DNA from: Oscillospiraceae bacterium
GTDB lineage: Bacteria > Bacillota > Clostridia > Oscillospirales > Ruminococcaceae
DNA: 64,000 nucleotides
Reading direction: 5' to 3'
NCBI GenBank assembly: GCA_036645935.1
Contig: JAVXNE010000001.1
Span: 384,660 to 448,659 of the forward strand
A model generated the notes under the pieces. The model did no database searches. It was not told the origin of the DNA and saw nothing but the letters and a program-made list of their open reading frames with translations. The position numbers and the translations under genes were made by a program. Below, piece after piece: positions 1 through 10,172 of this stretch (positions within the stretch are counted from its first letter, which is position 1; the number at the start of each line of letters is the position of its first letter).

Positions 1-3000
1 CGATAAACTCGTCTCCGGAAACGCGAAAGACCTTTGCGCCGCTGAACGTTTTATTGAGAACACCCGCTATAAAACTTATCAGCCTGTCGCCGTATTCATT
101 TCCGTAATCATGATTCAGGCGATTCAGCCCATTGATATCAACAAACATCGCTCCGACCGCGAAAAGCGCATCGGTTTTGATGTTTTGCAGCATTCGATAA
201 TAGCCCTGACGGTTGATAAGCCCTGTCCGGTCGTCAATCAAGCTGCGTGATGGTTTATCCTCATGCTTGACCTCCGTCTGCAGCACTGCCTGAAATCCGC
301 TTCCATTATTGTCATTTGAATATACGGTGACGCGCCCGTGCGCCTCCTGGACATCCTTTTTGCAGGCGGCAAGCGCGCTTTGGAACAGCGCGTCGAAGTC
401 GAGATTTTCGCACCGCTCTGCCGCTATTCCAACAGAAAACGCCAACTCCTCGGACATGCCGATAATCTCGCGTATTCGTCGTATATCGATCACAGCGCGG
501 CTGATGATATCAACCACCTCTTTTTGGGTCTTTGCGTGCGGAACAAAAACCGAAAACCGATGCTCGGAGTCTCGTCCGATCATTCCTATTTCTCCCAAAA
601 CGTTGAGAAACAGGCACGCGACTGAATATATCAACCGGCTTTCCACATCCGGTCCCGATTGGTCAAATGCAACGTCAAGTCCCTGCAGCTCTATGAGCGC
701 CAGCGCACAGTATTCATCGCCACTGCTCTCGATGACGCATTTTGCAAGCCGCTCCATCGTTTTCTTTGTGAAGAGCATCGTCGTCGCGTCGCGCTCAGGG
801 TGCGACGGCAGCGCCAGCTCCCAATATTTGCGGGTGTCTATGTCGCGCAGATATCCAAAACCATAGATATCCCCGCTCGCGGAGTCTGTCATGAGCGATA
901 CCGTATTTGACACCCAGCGTATCTCACCCTCATTCATTGTGCGGCGATACTCAACTTCAACAATCCCGCAGCCGCTTTGATATGCGGAAAACAGAGCTTC
1001 GGGTGACATTTTCTTTTTGAATCTCGCAAGATCGGCTTCACCGAATATGGCTTTACCCTCATGTTCCAGGTTTTCGAGATAGCTTTCCCCAACGCGCACG
1101 CGTTCGGCTGTGCCTCTTATGTGTGCACACTCCATCACTTTGTGAGAGATGTTCACCCGCATCGTCGCAATGACGTTGTTCTTCACCGCCTCCTGCATCC
1201 GCTCCTCTTGAATAAATCTCGATTTCTCATTAAAGATGTTGGGAAGCTCGTGCGTCACACCAATTGCCTTGTGCGGTTTCCCGTCCGCGTCATAAACCAT
1301 GTGGTATGAAAGCGTGGCCCAGCCGAACATACCACTTCCGAAATAGCGAACTATAAAGTCCTCGCTTCCCTTTTCTTTCCCGCTAAGTATCCCGTTGAAA
1401 AATTCAATAAACGGCTCACGGTATTCCGGATGCACCCAGCCGTTGTGCGCAAGGCTCTCGGGAGCATTTTCAAAAGTCGCAGATTCATCATATTTTTGAT
1501 TGACAGTGTCCCACACCGCGAAAATGCGCGTGTTGATATCGAACTCCCATATCGTCGCGTCGGTCTGCTCAAAGGCATAGCGCAGACGCTCGTTTCCGTC
1601 GGCGAGCTTTTTGCGCAGCTCGAGCGTCTGTGTCACGTCCATCACCGTTGACAGGAACACCGGGGTTCCTTCTTTGCTTCTATGCATGTAAACGGTGCGC
1701 ACCAAATAGCTGCGCCGCACACCGTCAATCATCGTCGCCGAACGAAAAGTGCTTTGCACCGAAACGCGTTTCTCCGCGGCTTCCGCCAGATTGCCGCACA
1801 GCATCTCGCTATCTTCGGGATATATAATTTTATACATATCGGACGCGTATCTCGCTTCGTACTCTTCTCTGGATAAACCGCTCATTTTGATGAGTTCGTC
1901 GTTTGCGAACGTCAGATGAAGTTTCTCACCCGCCTCACAGACTCCTATTCCGACCGGGGAGTTTTGTATAATGGCGTCCATCTGTTCCAAAACATTCTTC
2001 TGCTCGGTTATATCAGTCACAACTCCGATAACCACCGGATAATTGCTTCTTTCATAGGGAATGCGCACCGCGCGCAGATGACGCCAGCTCAGACTTTCGT
2101 TGGGTTCTTTGACGCGGTATGTGAAATCGAGCACATCTCCGCTGCACGATATCTCCTTCACTTGCTGCTCGAGTTTCTCGCGGTCTTCAGCATAAACAAA
2201 ATCAAACAGACCTTCTCCCGATTCTCTTGCGTCCTCCTTTTTGCGGCCGGTGGATTTGAAGAAACCGGGACTGACGTAAATTATCCGCAAACTATCGCTC
2301 ACTTCCGCGAGCATGACGCCGCCCTCCATGTATTCAAGCAGCGCGTTCAGCTGCACAGTGCTCGCGGAATCGGATGTGAAACTTGTTAGGGAGAGAGCTT
2401 CCTGTGGCTCAACATGAAGATTGTTTGAAATGCTGTAACTGTTTTTGCTCCCGGACTTCACTTGATAAAGCGAGCTGTCCGCCTGTGAATACAGCTCTTC
2501 AAACGTCTTGTCCCCGTGCCGAAAAATCGCAATTCCGACACTTGCGGAAAGTTGCAACGTGACGCTGTTAGAAGCACAGGAAAACTGCAGCGCATGCACA
2601 AGCTCCTCCGCTTTGGATGCAACTTGTCCGACAGATGCAATGTTTTTCATCAAGACCATGAATTCGTCCCCGCCGACACGACCGACAATATCGCTCGAAC
2701 GGAAAATGCGGCTGAAAACCTCGGCAACACGTATGAGAAATTTATCGCCCTGCTGGTGTCCGAATGTGTCGTTTATAAGCTTGAAGTTGTCAAGGTCAAC
2801 GGCGAACAACGCATGGTTTCCGGTGCTTCCCTCCATTTTCATGAATCTGCTGATATGGGAAATTGTGCTGTCGTGATTGTAGCGCTTAGTCATCGAATCG
2901 CGCTCGGCTGCAGCTTCAAGCTTATACTCCTTGCGCTTTTGGTCATCTATATCGGTCATATATAGGAAGGCCATCAAATCCCCGCTCTCGGGATCTCGAA

Positions 3001-5038
3001 GCAGGTGTGCCTCGTAGTGCATCCAACGTGTTTCGCCGCTCGAAATAGCCTTGATAAAATCAAAAATCACCGGTTCAGCATTCACTTCGGCACGTTTTTC
3101 GAGCATCTCGGGAGAAAAAGACGCGAAGTATTTTTTCACATCCTCATTGTCCACAACACTCTGTTTGGAGAGTTGCGCAAACTCTTCAATTGAGAGCCCT
3201 GAAAATTTCTGCTTATCCTCGGGGTTTTTGAAGTGCATGTCGACCTGAACACGAGTGGTGACGTTGAAAAGCGCAGTTGAATAAAAGCTGGGCTCCATCG
3301 CCACGCGGTATTGCTGCTCCGTTTGATATTTCATTTCCAGCTCATGCTCGGACGTTACGTCCTCAGACATCCCAACCGCACGACAGGGACGCCCACGATC
3401 GTCAAGCACATTTGTGTATCTCACAAGCTCGTAGCAATACCCTGTCCCGTCCTCTTTTTTCACACGCAGTATAGCGGAGACCTTCGCCTCACCTGCCAGA
3501 AGAAGTTCATGCATTTCGAGCAGCTCATTAACGCTTTCGGGATGAATACAGCCGCTCTCAATAAGGCTCGCCGGCGCATTGGCCAGTTCCCTGCCGTTTT
3601 TGAGCCATTTGGTGGAATTCTCTGCCTGAATAATTTTTTGGGTCTCGTAATCATATTCCCACACATTGAGTGTGGTGTCTGCAAGCGCGATATCTGTGAT
3701 CTGCTTTTGAACACGAAGCTCCAGCTCGATCTGCTTCTGCTCAGTTATATCGACGATTACACCGCTCATAATCAGATTGTCCGATTGCTTTTCGATATTT
3801 CCGCTCACAAGCAGATATTTGTTGTTTCCGCTGCCGACAACAATACGCACGACGAACTGAGCGTATCCGCCTCCCTCCCGGATGATGTTTTCTGTCGTCT
3901 CTTGAATCATGGCGGCATCATTGCTGTGAACCATGTGCATGAACTTGTTGTCGAACTTCTCAGCCATGCTTTCGCGGGTGCATTCGATAATGGCGTAAAA
4001 CTTGTCGTTTCCGTAAAGCAGAGTGAACTCGCGATTGACAATAGCGGAAAACACGCCGCTTTCCTCCATTGTGCGATAGAGCGCAAGCTGCTTTGAGTGT
4101 CTGCGTTCGTTGACAACGATTAGAGCGAGCAGCAACAAGGAGATAGCCGAAATCCACGCGGTCTGATGCAGTCCATCGCGGGCAGCAGTGCGCGCGTCGG
4201 CATCCACAACTTCTCCCGGGACGATATTGAACATCACCCAGTCCTCAATGCCGGTTTGCCGATAGACCCCGCATCTTGTCTGATCGCCGACGCTGTAAAT
4301 CACCGTGCCCGACTTAAGTTCCGTAATTTCCTGTTTTATCTCTTCGTAACTTCCTCTGGTAAATTCGGCTGTTTTGAAAAACTCAAACAGGTTTTTTTCT
4401 TTTGCAAGATATCCCTCGCTATCGCTGCTGACAATGATGTCCCCCTTAGAATCGGAAATAAAAGAATAGGCTCCTTGGGTGTTCGTTTTGGATATGAGCA
4501 GTGAGCGAAACACTTTCTCCTCATAGAATCCCGCTATCGCCGCAACAACGTCCCTGCCCTTAAAAACAGGAACCGCAATTACAAAAAAATCAGCATCGCC
4601 GAACGGGGAGGAGCTGACCTTTGCGATGGCCCGAGAGCCCTTCATGGCTTCTTGAAAATACGTCTGGTCCTCCATCTGAATGTCTCTTCCATCGCTCAAC
4701 ACAGCCCGTCCATCACGATCTATCTTAATCACGCTCATGAAATCGGTGATTCTTGCTATTGCTTCCATGCGCGTTTCGAGGTGTTCGTCATCAATGTCAT
4801 CCTGCACGGAGAGGCTGTTGGCAAACGACTCCAAAACCGCATACTGCCCACCAATTTCGGCCCTAATCGTGGCAATTTGATTGGACGCCGATTCCTCCAA
4901 CGTGCGATAGGCGCGCGTCTGTGATCGTTCAACCGCACTTCTTTGAAAAAACAGCATGCTGATAAGCGTGACCACAATCAGGAACAGCGGCACAATCACC
5001 AGCACAGCATTATTCATCTTTCCGTCTTGACGTTTCAT
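1..5038 (-). CDS. Partial (>1679 aa) multidomain c-di-GMP signalling protein: N-terminal TM plus extracytoplasmic sensor, second TM, PAS repeats, GGDEF (RVGGDEF) and a second C-terminal GGDEF-like domain (RVSGDEF) at the window edge. The C-terminus lies outside the window.
   Basis: Reverse complement of 2660-2681 reads RVGGDEF followed by MVLMKNI. The ATG at 5038, with a GAGGA SD 9 nt upstream, is in the same minus frame (coordinate mod 3 = 1) as that GGDEF motif and as the SGDEF motif encoded at positions 5-22. No minus ORF in that frame is listed because the ORF is unterminated at the window start. The plus-strand ORFs at 309-4504 are antisense artefacts in high-GC DNA. Confidence 0.6.
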   Translation of the reverse strand, partial: MKRQDGKMNNAVLVIVPLFLIVVTLISMLFFQRSAVERSQTRAYRTLEESASNQIATIRAEIGGQYAVLESFANSLSVQDDIDDEHLETRMEAIARITDFMSVIKIDRDGRAVLSDGRDIQMEDQTYFQEAMKGSRAIAKVSSSPFGDADFFVIAVPVFKGRDVVAAIAGFYEEKVFRSLLISKTNTQGAYSFISDSKGDIIVSSDSEGYLAKEKNLFEFFKTAEFTRGSYEEIKQEITELKSGTVIYSVGDQTRCGVYRQTGIEDWVMFNIVPGEVVDADARTAARDGLHQTAWISAISLLLLALIVVNERRHSKQLALYRTMEESGVFSAIVNREFTLLYGNDKFYAIIECTRESMAEKFDNKFMHMVHSNDAAMIQETTENIIREGGGYAQFVVRIVVGSGNNKYLLVSGNIEKQSDNLIMSGVIVDITEQKQIELELRVQKQITDIALADTTLNVWEYDYETQKIIQAENSTKWLKNGRELANAPASLIESGCIHPESVNELLEMHELLLAGEAKVSAILRVKKEDGTGYCYELVRYTNVLDDRGRPCRAVGMSEDVTSEHELEMKYQTEQQYRVAMEPSFYSTALFNVTTRVQVDMHFKNPEDKQKFSGLSIEEFAQLSKQSVVDNEDVKKYFASFSPEMLEKRAEVNAEPVIFDFIKAISSGETRWMHYEAHLLRDPESGDLMAFLYMTDIDDQKRKEYKLEAAAERDSMTKRYNHDSTISHISRFMKMEGSTGNHALFAVDLDNFKLINDTFGHQQGDKFLIRVAEVFSRIFRSSDIVGRVGGDEFMVLMKNIASVGQVASKAEELVHALQFSCASNSVTLQLSASVGIAIFRHGDKTFEELYSQADSSLYQVKSGSKNSYSISNNLHVEPQEALSLTSFTSDSASTVQLNALLEYMEGGVMLAEVSDSLRIIYVSPGFFKSTGRKKEDARESGEGLFDFVYAEDREKLEQQVKEISCSGDVLDFTYRVKEPNESLSWRHLRAVRIPYERSNYPVVIGVVTDITEQKNVLEQMDAIIQNSPVGIGVCEAGEKLHLTFANDELIKMSGLSREEYEARYASDMYKIIYPEDSEMLCGNLAEAAEKRVSVQSTFRSATMIDGVRRSYLVRTVYMHRSKEGTPVFLSTVMDVTQTLELRKKLADGNERLRYAFEQTDATIWEFDINTRIFAVWDTVNQKYDESATFENAPESLAHNGWVHPEYREPFIEFFNGILSGKEKGSEDFIVRYFGSGMFGWATLSYHMVYDADGKPHKAIGVTHELPNIFNEKSRFIQEERMQEAVKNNVIATMRVNISHKVMECAHIRGTAERVRVGESYLENLEHEGKAIFGEADLARFKKKMSPEALFSAYQSGCGIVEVEYRRTMNEGEIRWVSNTVSLMTDSASGDIYGFGYLRDIDTRKYWELALPSHPERDATTMLFTKKTMERLAKCVIESSGDEYCALALIELQGLDVAFDQSGPDVESRLIYSVACLFLNVLGEIGMIGRDSEHRFSVFVPHAKTQKEVVDIISRAVIDIRRIREIIGMSEELAFSVGIAAERCENLDFDALFQSALAACKKDVQEAHGRVTVYSNDNNGSGFQAVLQTEVKHEDKPSRSLIDDRTGLINRQGYYRMLQNIKTDALFAVGAMFVDINGLNRLNHDYGNEYGDRLISFIAGVLNKTFSGAKVFRVSGDEFI

Positions 5039-5622
5039 TATAAACATCCTCGTTTTATTCCGCCGATTTAATAAACCACCGACCTGTCGCCGCATCTATG
5101 ATGCGATGTTGGAAACACAATTCGCCGGTCTTTCTGGCAAGCGTCTCTTTGCGACAACGGCGTTTCCTGTTGACGGTATACAAAAAAGGAAGACTCTGCA
5201 ATTTTCGACAGCGCCTTCGATCGTCTTCCTTTTTCGTGTAAACAAATTCGACCGGATCCGCGCTCTGCGCGCGGCCTGCCGACAATGTGTCCGGTATCAC
5301 AAAAAAATAACCCTGAAAAGGCAGTGTCTATTCAAGCGGTGTGAGCCGCTCACCGCCACAAAGAGTGGTTTTGCTTCTTTATGGCGCGCGTGCGGCTGTC
5401 TTCCGGCTCGCTGTGATCCTGTCTGCCGGTAGTTTCACAACATTACACTGTTAAAATCCCTGAGGATTGCAATATTGATTGAACTTGATGTTAGTTTACT
5501 TATATTTATATATATTTACTATATATCATGAGATTCATCATTGCAAGCTCTGAAGTGCCTGTTTTAATGGTGTTCTTTACACAAATCTGCTATTTGAACC
5601 GCGCCGTTTTCAGTTTTTCACA

Positions 5623-5643
5623 TCGCATTTGAAATGCGATGTC
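5623..5643. terminator. Perfect 10-bp-arm palindrome (catcgcattt g aaatgcgatg) about 70 bp downstream of the sortase stop. Putative terminator or regulatory hairpin.
   Basis: Palindrome read directly from the sequence. It is followed on the plus strand by tctttcctt, but the flanking T-tract is weak. Confidence 0.3.
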
Positions 5644-5711
5644 TTTCCTTATTGCGTCAGCACCATATGACGGCGGCATTGATTGCCCATCTTATGGTAA
5701 AACAGCGCTTT

Positions 5712-6371
5712 TTAATTGCATTCATTCACCGTGTCCAATCTGCAAATAACAAGAAATCTTTCTGGGGCGGGGCCGCCATATACGAATGGGTGGCAGGTGA
5801 CAAGTGTCAGATAGGGCGTCTCAAATCTCTGTGTCATCTCCGGAGCCTCAGGCAGACAGACCTGCGTTTTCTCAACGAGATATACATATTCGTATCCCCC
5901 GCTTTTAAGCGTAACCCTGTTGCCGACCTGTATGTCCTTCAACCATTTAAAAACCGTATCCCTGTGCCCAAATATCACACAATTTCCCGATTCTCCGGGC
6001 TGTGCGGTTTCCGAGATGTGCGCGACACCCATCCACAGATGCTCGCTTGTCAGCTCGTCATAAACAGCAAACCGGTGTGCTTTGGGAGTGTGAACTGTTA
6101 AAATTGCATAACCGGAATAGCCCGTCGCCTCTTCGTCATCATGCGCATCTTCCTGCAAAACTTCTTTGCGGCTCTCGCTTGCATCGTGCGGCTGTATCTC
6201 ACGCATCGACATCGATAATTCCGTCGCACACAACCCCTCGCTTATTGCGCGCTCGGAACGATAAACCCTCAGCGCACCAATCACTGTCATGGCGGCGGCA
6301 ATTAAAGTCATGATTACAAATAAAACGATAACTGTTTTTTCTTTTGGCCCTGGAAATTTCAGTTTTTTCAT
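5712..6371 (-). CDS. Sortase-family transpeptidase with an N-terminal membrane anchor
   Basis: N-terminal hydrophobic segment; LTLVTCHPF matches the sortase TLxTC catalytic-cysteine motif; HRDTVF histidine region; GAGGAA SD upstream of the ATG at 6371. Confidence 0.75.
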   Translation of the reverse strand: MKKLKFPGPKEKTVIVLFVIMTLIAAAMTVIGALRVYRSERAISEGLCATELSMSMREIQPHDASESRKEVLQEDAHDDEEATGYSGYAILTVHTPKAHRFAVYDELTSEHLWMGVAHISETAQPGESGNCVIFGHRDTVFKWLKDIQVGNRVTLKSGGYEYVYLVEKTQVCLPEAPEMTQRFETPYLTLVTCHPFVYGGPAPERFLVICRLDTVNECN

Positions 6372-6612
6372 CGATTCCTCGTTTTAAAAGCATTGTCTTG
6401 CGGCTCCGTTCGTCCGTTGGTCATGAATCGGGCTTTGAGCTTGCCGCAGTCGTCCATATATTAGAAATATTCACACATTCGTGACAATATGTATTCTGTG
6501 CACTGTTCACAGCTTCAATTTGGTAATTGGATCACTTATCGAGTCGGCGCATTTGAGTATACTATATCTGTCAGCCAATACGAATTATGCTATTCAAAAA
6601 GAGGGGATTTTC

Positions 6613-7695
6613 ATGAGACGCCTGACACTTGCCGCCACAGCGTTTTTTCTTGCGGCAGCACTCGTATCATGTGGCAATGCTGAAATCAACAACAATCAGG
6701 ACAGCTGTGTAAATCAAAGGGGATATAATATGGCACGGGAAAATTCCGAAATATACATCGCAGGCGGATGCTTTTGGGGAACAGAGCATTTTTTCAATCA
6801 GATTGACGGGGTTATCGAAACCGAGGTCGGCTATGCCAACGGCAGCACCGATAACCCGACCTACCGCAAGGTGTGCTGCGGGGACTCGGGATTCGCTGAA
6901 ACCGTCAGGGTGGTATACGACAAAAATATAGCGCCGCTTGAATTTCTTCTCGGTTTATATTACAAAACCATCGATCCCTCAAGCATCGACCGTCAGGGCA
7001 ACGATGCCGGAACACAATATCGAACCGGCATCTACTACACCGACGAATCCAATCTTGAAATCATTGGGCAATCACTTGAAAATCTTCACGCCGCAACAGG
7101 ACAGCAAGTTGCGATAGAGGTTCAACCACTTGCGAATTTTTACCCCGCAGAGGATTATCATCAGGATTATCTGGACAAGAACCCGGGCGGTTATTGTCAC
7201 ATTGACTCGTATCTTTTCAAAGTTGCAAGAGATGCAAAATACCACGTCCCGACATTTTCAAGACCGGACAACGCTGAACTCCACAAGAAACTGACGCCCG
7301 AACAATACGCCGTGACGCAAAACGGCGCCACCGAGCGACCATTTTCCAACTGCTACTGGAATACCTTTGAAGATGGGATATATGTTGACATAACGACGGG
7401 ACAGCCGCTGTTTGTCTCGACCGACAAATTCGATTCGGGCTGCGGCTGGCCGAGCTTTTCAAAACCAATCGACAGTTCTGTCATTTCGGAAACTACCGAC
7501 AGCAGTTGCGGCATGGTGCGAACCGAGGTGAGAAGTGAAACTGGCGACGCGCATCTCGGGCACGTCTTTGATGACGGCCCGCAGCAAAACGGCGGACTGC
7601 GCTACTGCATCAACAGCGCGTCGCTGCGCTTTGTTCCAAAAAGCGAGATGTCGCGTGAGGGCTATGGCGATTGGCTCTACCTGTTCGAGCGGTGA
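6613..7695 (+). CDS. msrAB: Peptide methionine sulfoxide reductase MsrA-MsrB fusion lipoprotein
   Basis: Signal peptide with lipobox (LVSCG); MsrA GCFWG motif; MsrB GCGWPSF and RYCINSA motifs; AGAGGGGA SD before the ATG at 6613. The ORF track start at 6481 is an upstream in-frame extension. Confidence 0.85.
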   Translation: MRRLTLAATAFFLAAALVSCGNAEINNNQDSCVNQRGYNMARENSEIYIAGGCFWGTEHFFNQIDGVIETEVGYANGSTDNPTYRKVCCGDSGFAETVRVVYDKNIAPLEFLLGLYYKTIDPSSIDRQGNDAGTQYRTGIYYTDESNLEIIGQSLENLHAATGQQVAIEVQPLANFYPAEDYHQDYLDKNPGGYCHIDSYLFKVARDAKYHVPTFSRPDNAELHKKLTPEQYAVTQNGATERPFSNCYWNTFEDGIYVDITTGQPLFVSTDKFDSGCGWPSFSKPIDSSVISETTDSSCGMVRTEVRSETGDAHLGHVFDDGPQQNGGLRYCINSASLRFVPKSEMSREGYGDWLYLFER

Positions 7696-7979
7696 TGTCT
7701 GTTTCGGGCTGATACAGCTCTTGTTTGGAACAAGCGGGTCTATTGGGAATATTCACAATCTCCGGCTATCGAATGGGCTTTTCCAATCGGCGGATACTCG
7801 GTCGATTTTGCGGAAAGCGACTGCGTTCGCCATGCCGTTTTACCGATTTTATCTGCTTTTTCGTTACATCAAGCACAAAATTTCCAATCAAAAAGACTGC
7901 CTCGCAAAAAATGCGCGGCAGTCTTTTGGAAATCTATAAAGCGTTGCAAAAAAGGGTGTGTCCGCACAGCTTCTTGCAT

Positions 7980-8450
7980 CTATTTTTCTTTGATATCTCC
8001 GATATCTCTATCGTTAAAAATTTCCAGCGAGAATCCCAAATCGCGGTCGGTGTCGAAATATGCCCATTTAAGACCGGGAATTGCGCGGGCAGAGCTCCCG
8101 TTCATCGACATGTGATATCCTGCGTCTTCCAGCACATGCGCCGCTTCATCGTAACTCGGAACGCTGAATTTGATATGCTGCACTCCGCTTCCCTTTTCGC
8201 GCACAAAATCCTGCCATACGCCCTCGCCATCGACCGGCTCGATAAGCTCAATTTCAATGTTTGCAAAGTGATAAATTGCGATCTTTGTCGAGCAGAAAAC
8301 CGGCCGTCCGTGGTAATATCGCGTCGAATTTGAAGAATTTAGAAATTCATCCGGCTGTGCTCCGAAAACACGCTCCATCGCCTTCATCCCGAGGTCGAGA
8401 TTGCTGACAGCTATGCCTATCTGGGATATTTCAGTAAACCTGTTTGCCAT
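7980..8450 (-). CDS. VOC-family protein (glyoxalase / methylmalonyl-CoA epimerase-like)
   Basis: About 155 aa with a glyoxalase-fold pattern. The internal start MANRF is preceded by a GGAGAAAGG SD. It is the last gene of the long minus-strand operon. Confidence 0.65.
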   Translation of the reverse strand: MANRFTEISQIGIAVSNLDLGMKAMERVFGAQPDEFLNSSNSTRYYHGRPVFCSTKIAIYHFANIEIELIEPVDGEGVWQDFVREKGSGVQHIKFSVPSYDEAAHVLEDAGYHMSMNGSSARAIPGLKWAYFDTDRDLGFSLEIFNDRDIGDIKEK

Positions 8451-8466
8451 AGAAGTCCTTTCTCCG

Positions 8467-9489
8467 CTACCTCTGGACACGACCGGAGCCGTCTCCACCC
8501 ATCAGCCGTTTGACATCGTCTACCGTGGCGAGGTTAAAATCGAACTCCATCGTCTGTTTAAGACAGGAGGCCGCAACTGCAAATTCAATCGCTTTCTGCG
8601 CGTCCATTTTGCTGATGAGCGCATAGATAAGTCCCGCGCCGAAACTGTCTCCGCCGCCCACGCGATCGACCATATGAATATCATAAGATTTGGAGTAATG
8701 CGCCTTGCCTGCAGTGTAGTACATGCCGGCCCACGCGTTGTCCGACGCGGAGCGGCTCGTGCGCAACGTGAAGGCAACCCCGTCGCAGCCGTATTTCTCC
8801 TGTATGAGGCGAGCTGTTTCGGCATAAGCTTCGGGGTCAAGTTTCCCGCTTTGCACATCGGTGCGCGGGGGCTTTATGCCGAGTGTCTTATCGGCGTCCT
8901 CCTCGTTGCCTATGATGACATCGCAGTATGACACGAGCGCCGACATAACGCGCTGGGCATTTTCGGGCGACCACAGATTTTTGCGATAGTTAAGATCACA
9001 GCTTATGCGAACACCCGCTGCTTTTGCCGCCTTGCAAGCCTCTTCGCAGATTGCGGGCATTCCGTCGCTTAGCGCGGCGGTGATTCCGGTAAAATGAAAC
9101 CACTCGGCGTTTTTGAATATCGTCTTCCAATCGTAATCCGAGCCGGAGGACATCGAGATCGATGAGTATTTGCGGTCGTAAATAACTTTGGACGGGCGCT
9201 GCGAGGCACCGCGCTCGAGGTAGTATGTGCCCATGCGATCCCCGCCGAACACCACTTCGCCCACACCCACTCCGAATTTCTTAAGCGTGGAGAGCGCCAC
9301 GCGAGAGATGTCGTTGTCCGGCAGCTTAGTGACGAAAGATGTGTCGAGTCCGAAGTTGCTCAAAGACACGCAGATGTTGGCCTCCGCGCCGGTATAATTT
9401 ATGTCAAAATTGTCCGCCTGGATAAATTTGAGATATCCTCGGGGCGCCATGCGCAGCATTATTTCGCCGAATGTGACTACTTTGCCCAT
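8467..9489 (-). CDS. kdgK: 2-dehydro-3-deoxygluconokinase (PfkB-family sugar kinase)
   Basis: MGKVVTFGEIMLR N-terminus; PfkB motifs (GGGDSF...G); length 340 aa. Confidence 0.85.
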   Translation of the reverse strand: MGKVVTFGEIMLRMAPRGYLKFIQADNFDINYTGAEANICVSLSNFGLDTSFVTKLPDNDISRVALSTLKKFGVGVGEVVFGGDRMGTYYLERGASQRPSKVIYDRKYSSISMSSGSDYDWKTIFKNAEWFHFTGITAALSDGMPAICEEACKAAKAAGVRISCDLNYRKNLWSPENAQRVMSALVSYCDVIIGNEEDADKTLGIKPPRTDVQSGKLDPEAYAETARLIQEKYGCDGVAFTLRTSRSASDNAWAGMYYTAGKAHYSKSYDIHMVDRVGGGDSFGAGLIYALISKMDAQKAIEFAVAASCLKQTMEFDFNLATVDDVKRLMGGDGSGRVQR

Positions 9490-9490
9490 C

Positions 9491-10156
9491 TTATCTTCCC
9501 TCGTTGAACGCGCTTACTATGTCGCGGAACGTCTTTGCGCGCTCGGTAAACTCACTATAGTTTCCGCTCTCGAGCACCTTGCGGTCTGTAAGTCTTCCGC
9601 TAATGCCCGCACCTATATACCCGCCATTTAGGAAATCTTTTAAGTTCTCCTCGTTTACGCCCGCCGTTGCGAGCAGCTTCACGTGGCTTATAGGTCCGCG
9701 TATATTTTTTACATAAGACAGTCCGAGGTCGATCGCGGGAAACACCTTCACAATGTCCGCGCCGCATTTGTGTGCGGCGAGAATCTCGGATGGGGTCATG
9801 GCGCCGGGAATCGACACCAGGCCGTGTTCCAGTGTGCGCGCGATAACGTCGGGGTCTGTGTTTGGCGAAATTATGTATTGCGCACCGGCATTGAACGCCG
9901 CATCCGCCTGCGCGGGAGTGAGCACTGTGCCCGCTCCTATCAGCGAATCCGACCCGAAGCGCTTGTTGAGACGCGCTATCGCGTCCGCTGTATGCACAAG
10001 ACAATCGGGATCTGATTGATCGAAGGTCACCTCAACCATGCGAAGGCCTCCCTCGTGCAGTGACTCAAACAACTTTTCGAGCTGCTCGCCGTAAATACGA
10101 CGAACTATCACAATGATTCGCTCACGCTCAATTTGAGAGATTATTGTCTGTTTCAT
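9491..10156 (-). CDS. eda: 2-dehydro-3-deoxyphosphogluconate (KDPG) aldolase
   Basis: 221 aa; family-typical IVIVRR...GAGTVL...KVFPA motifs; lies immediately upstream of kdgK. Confidence 0.85.
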   Translation of the reverse strand: MKQTIISQIERERIIVIVRRIYGEQLEKLFESLHEGGLRMVEVTFDQSDPDCLVHTADAIARLNKRFGSDSLIGAGTVLTPAQADAAFNAGAQYIISPNTDPDVIARTLEHGLVSIPGAMTPSEILAAHKCGADIVKVFPAIDLGLSYVKNIRGPISHVKLLATAGVNEENLKDFLNGGYIGAGISGRLTDRKVLESGNYSEFTERAKTFRDIVSAFNEGR

Positions 10157-10172
10157 TGGACTCTCCTCAAAA

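Noticed and set aside
309-4504. Multiple plus-strand ORFs (for example 3311-4096, 261 aa; 2516-2965, 149 aa)
   Set aside because: They are antisense to the long minus-strand GGDEF gene. Their open frames are explained by high GC, and they contain no recognisable motifs.
7725-8333. 202-aa plus-strand ORF
   Set aside because: It overlaps the VOC-family gene on the opposite strand and has no SD or domain signature.
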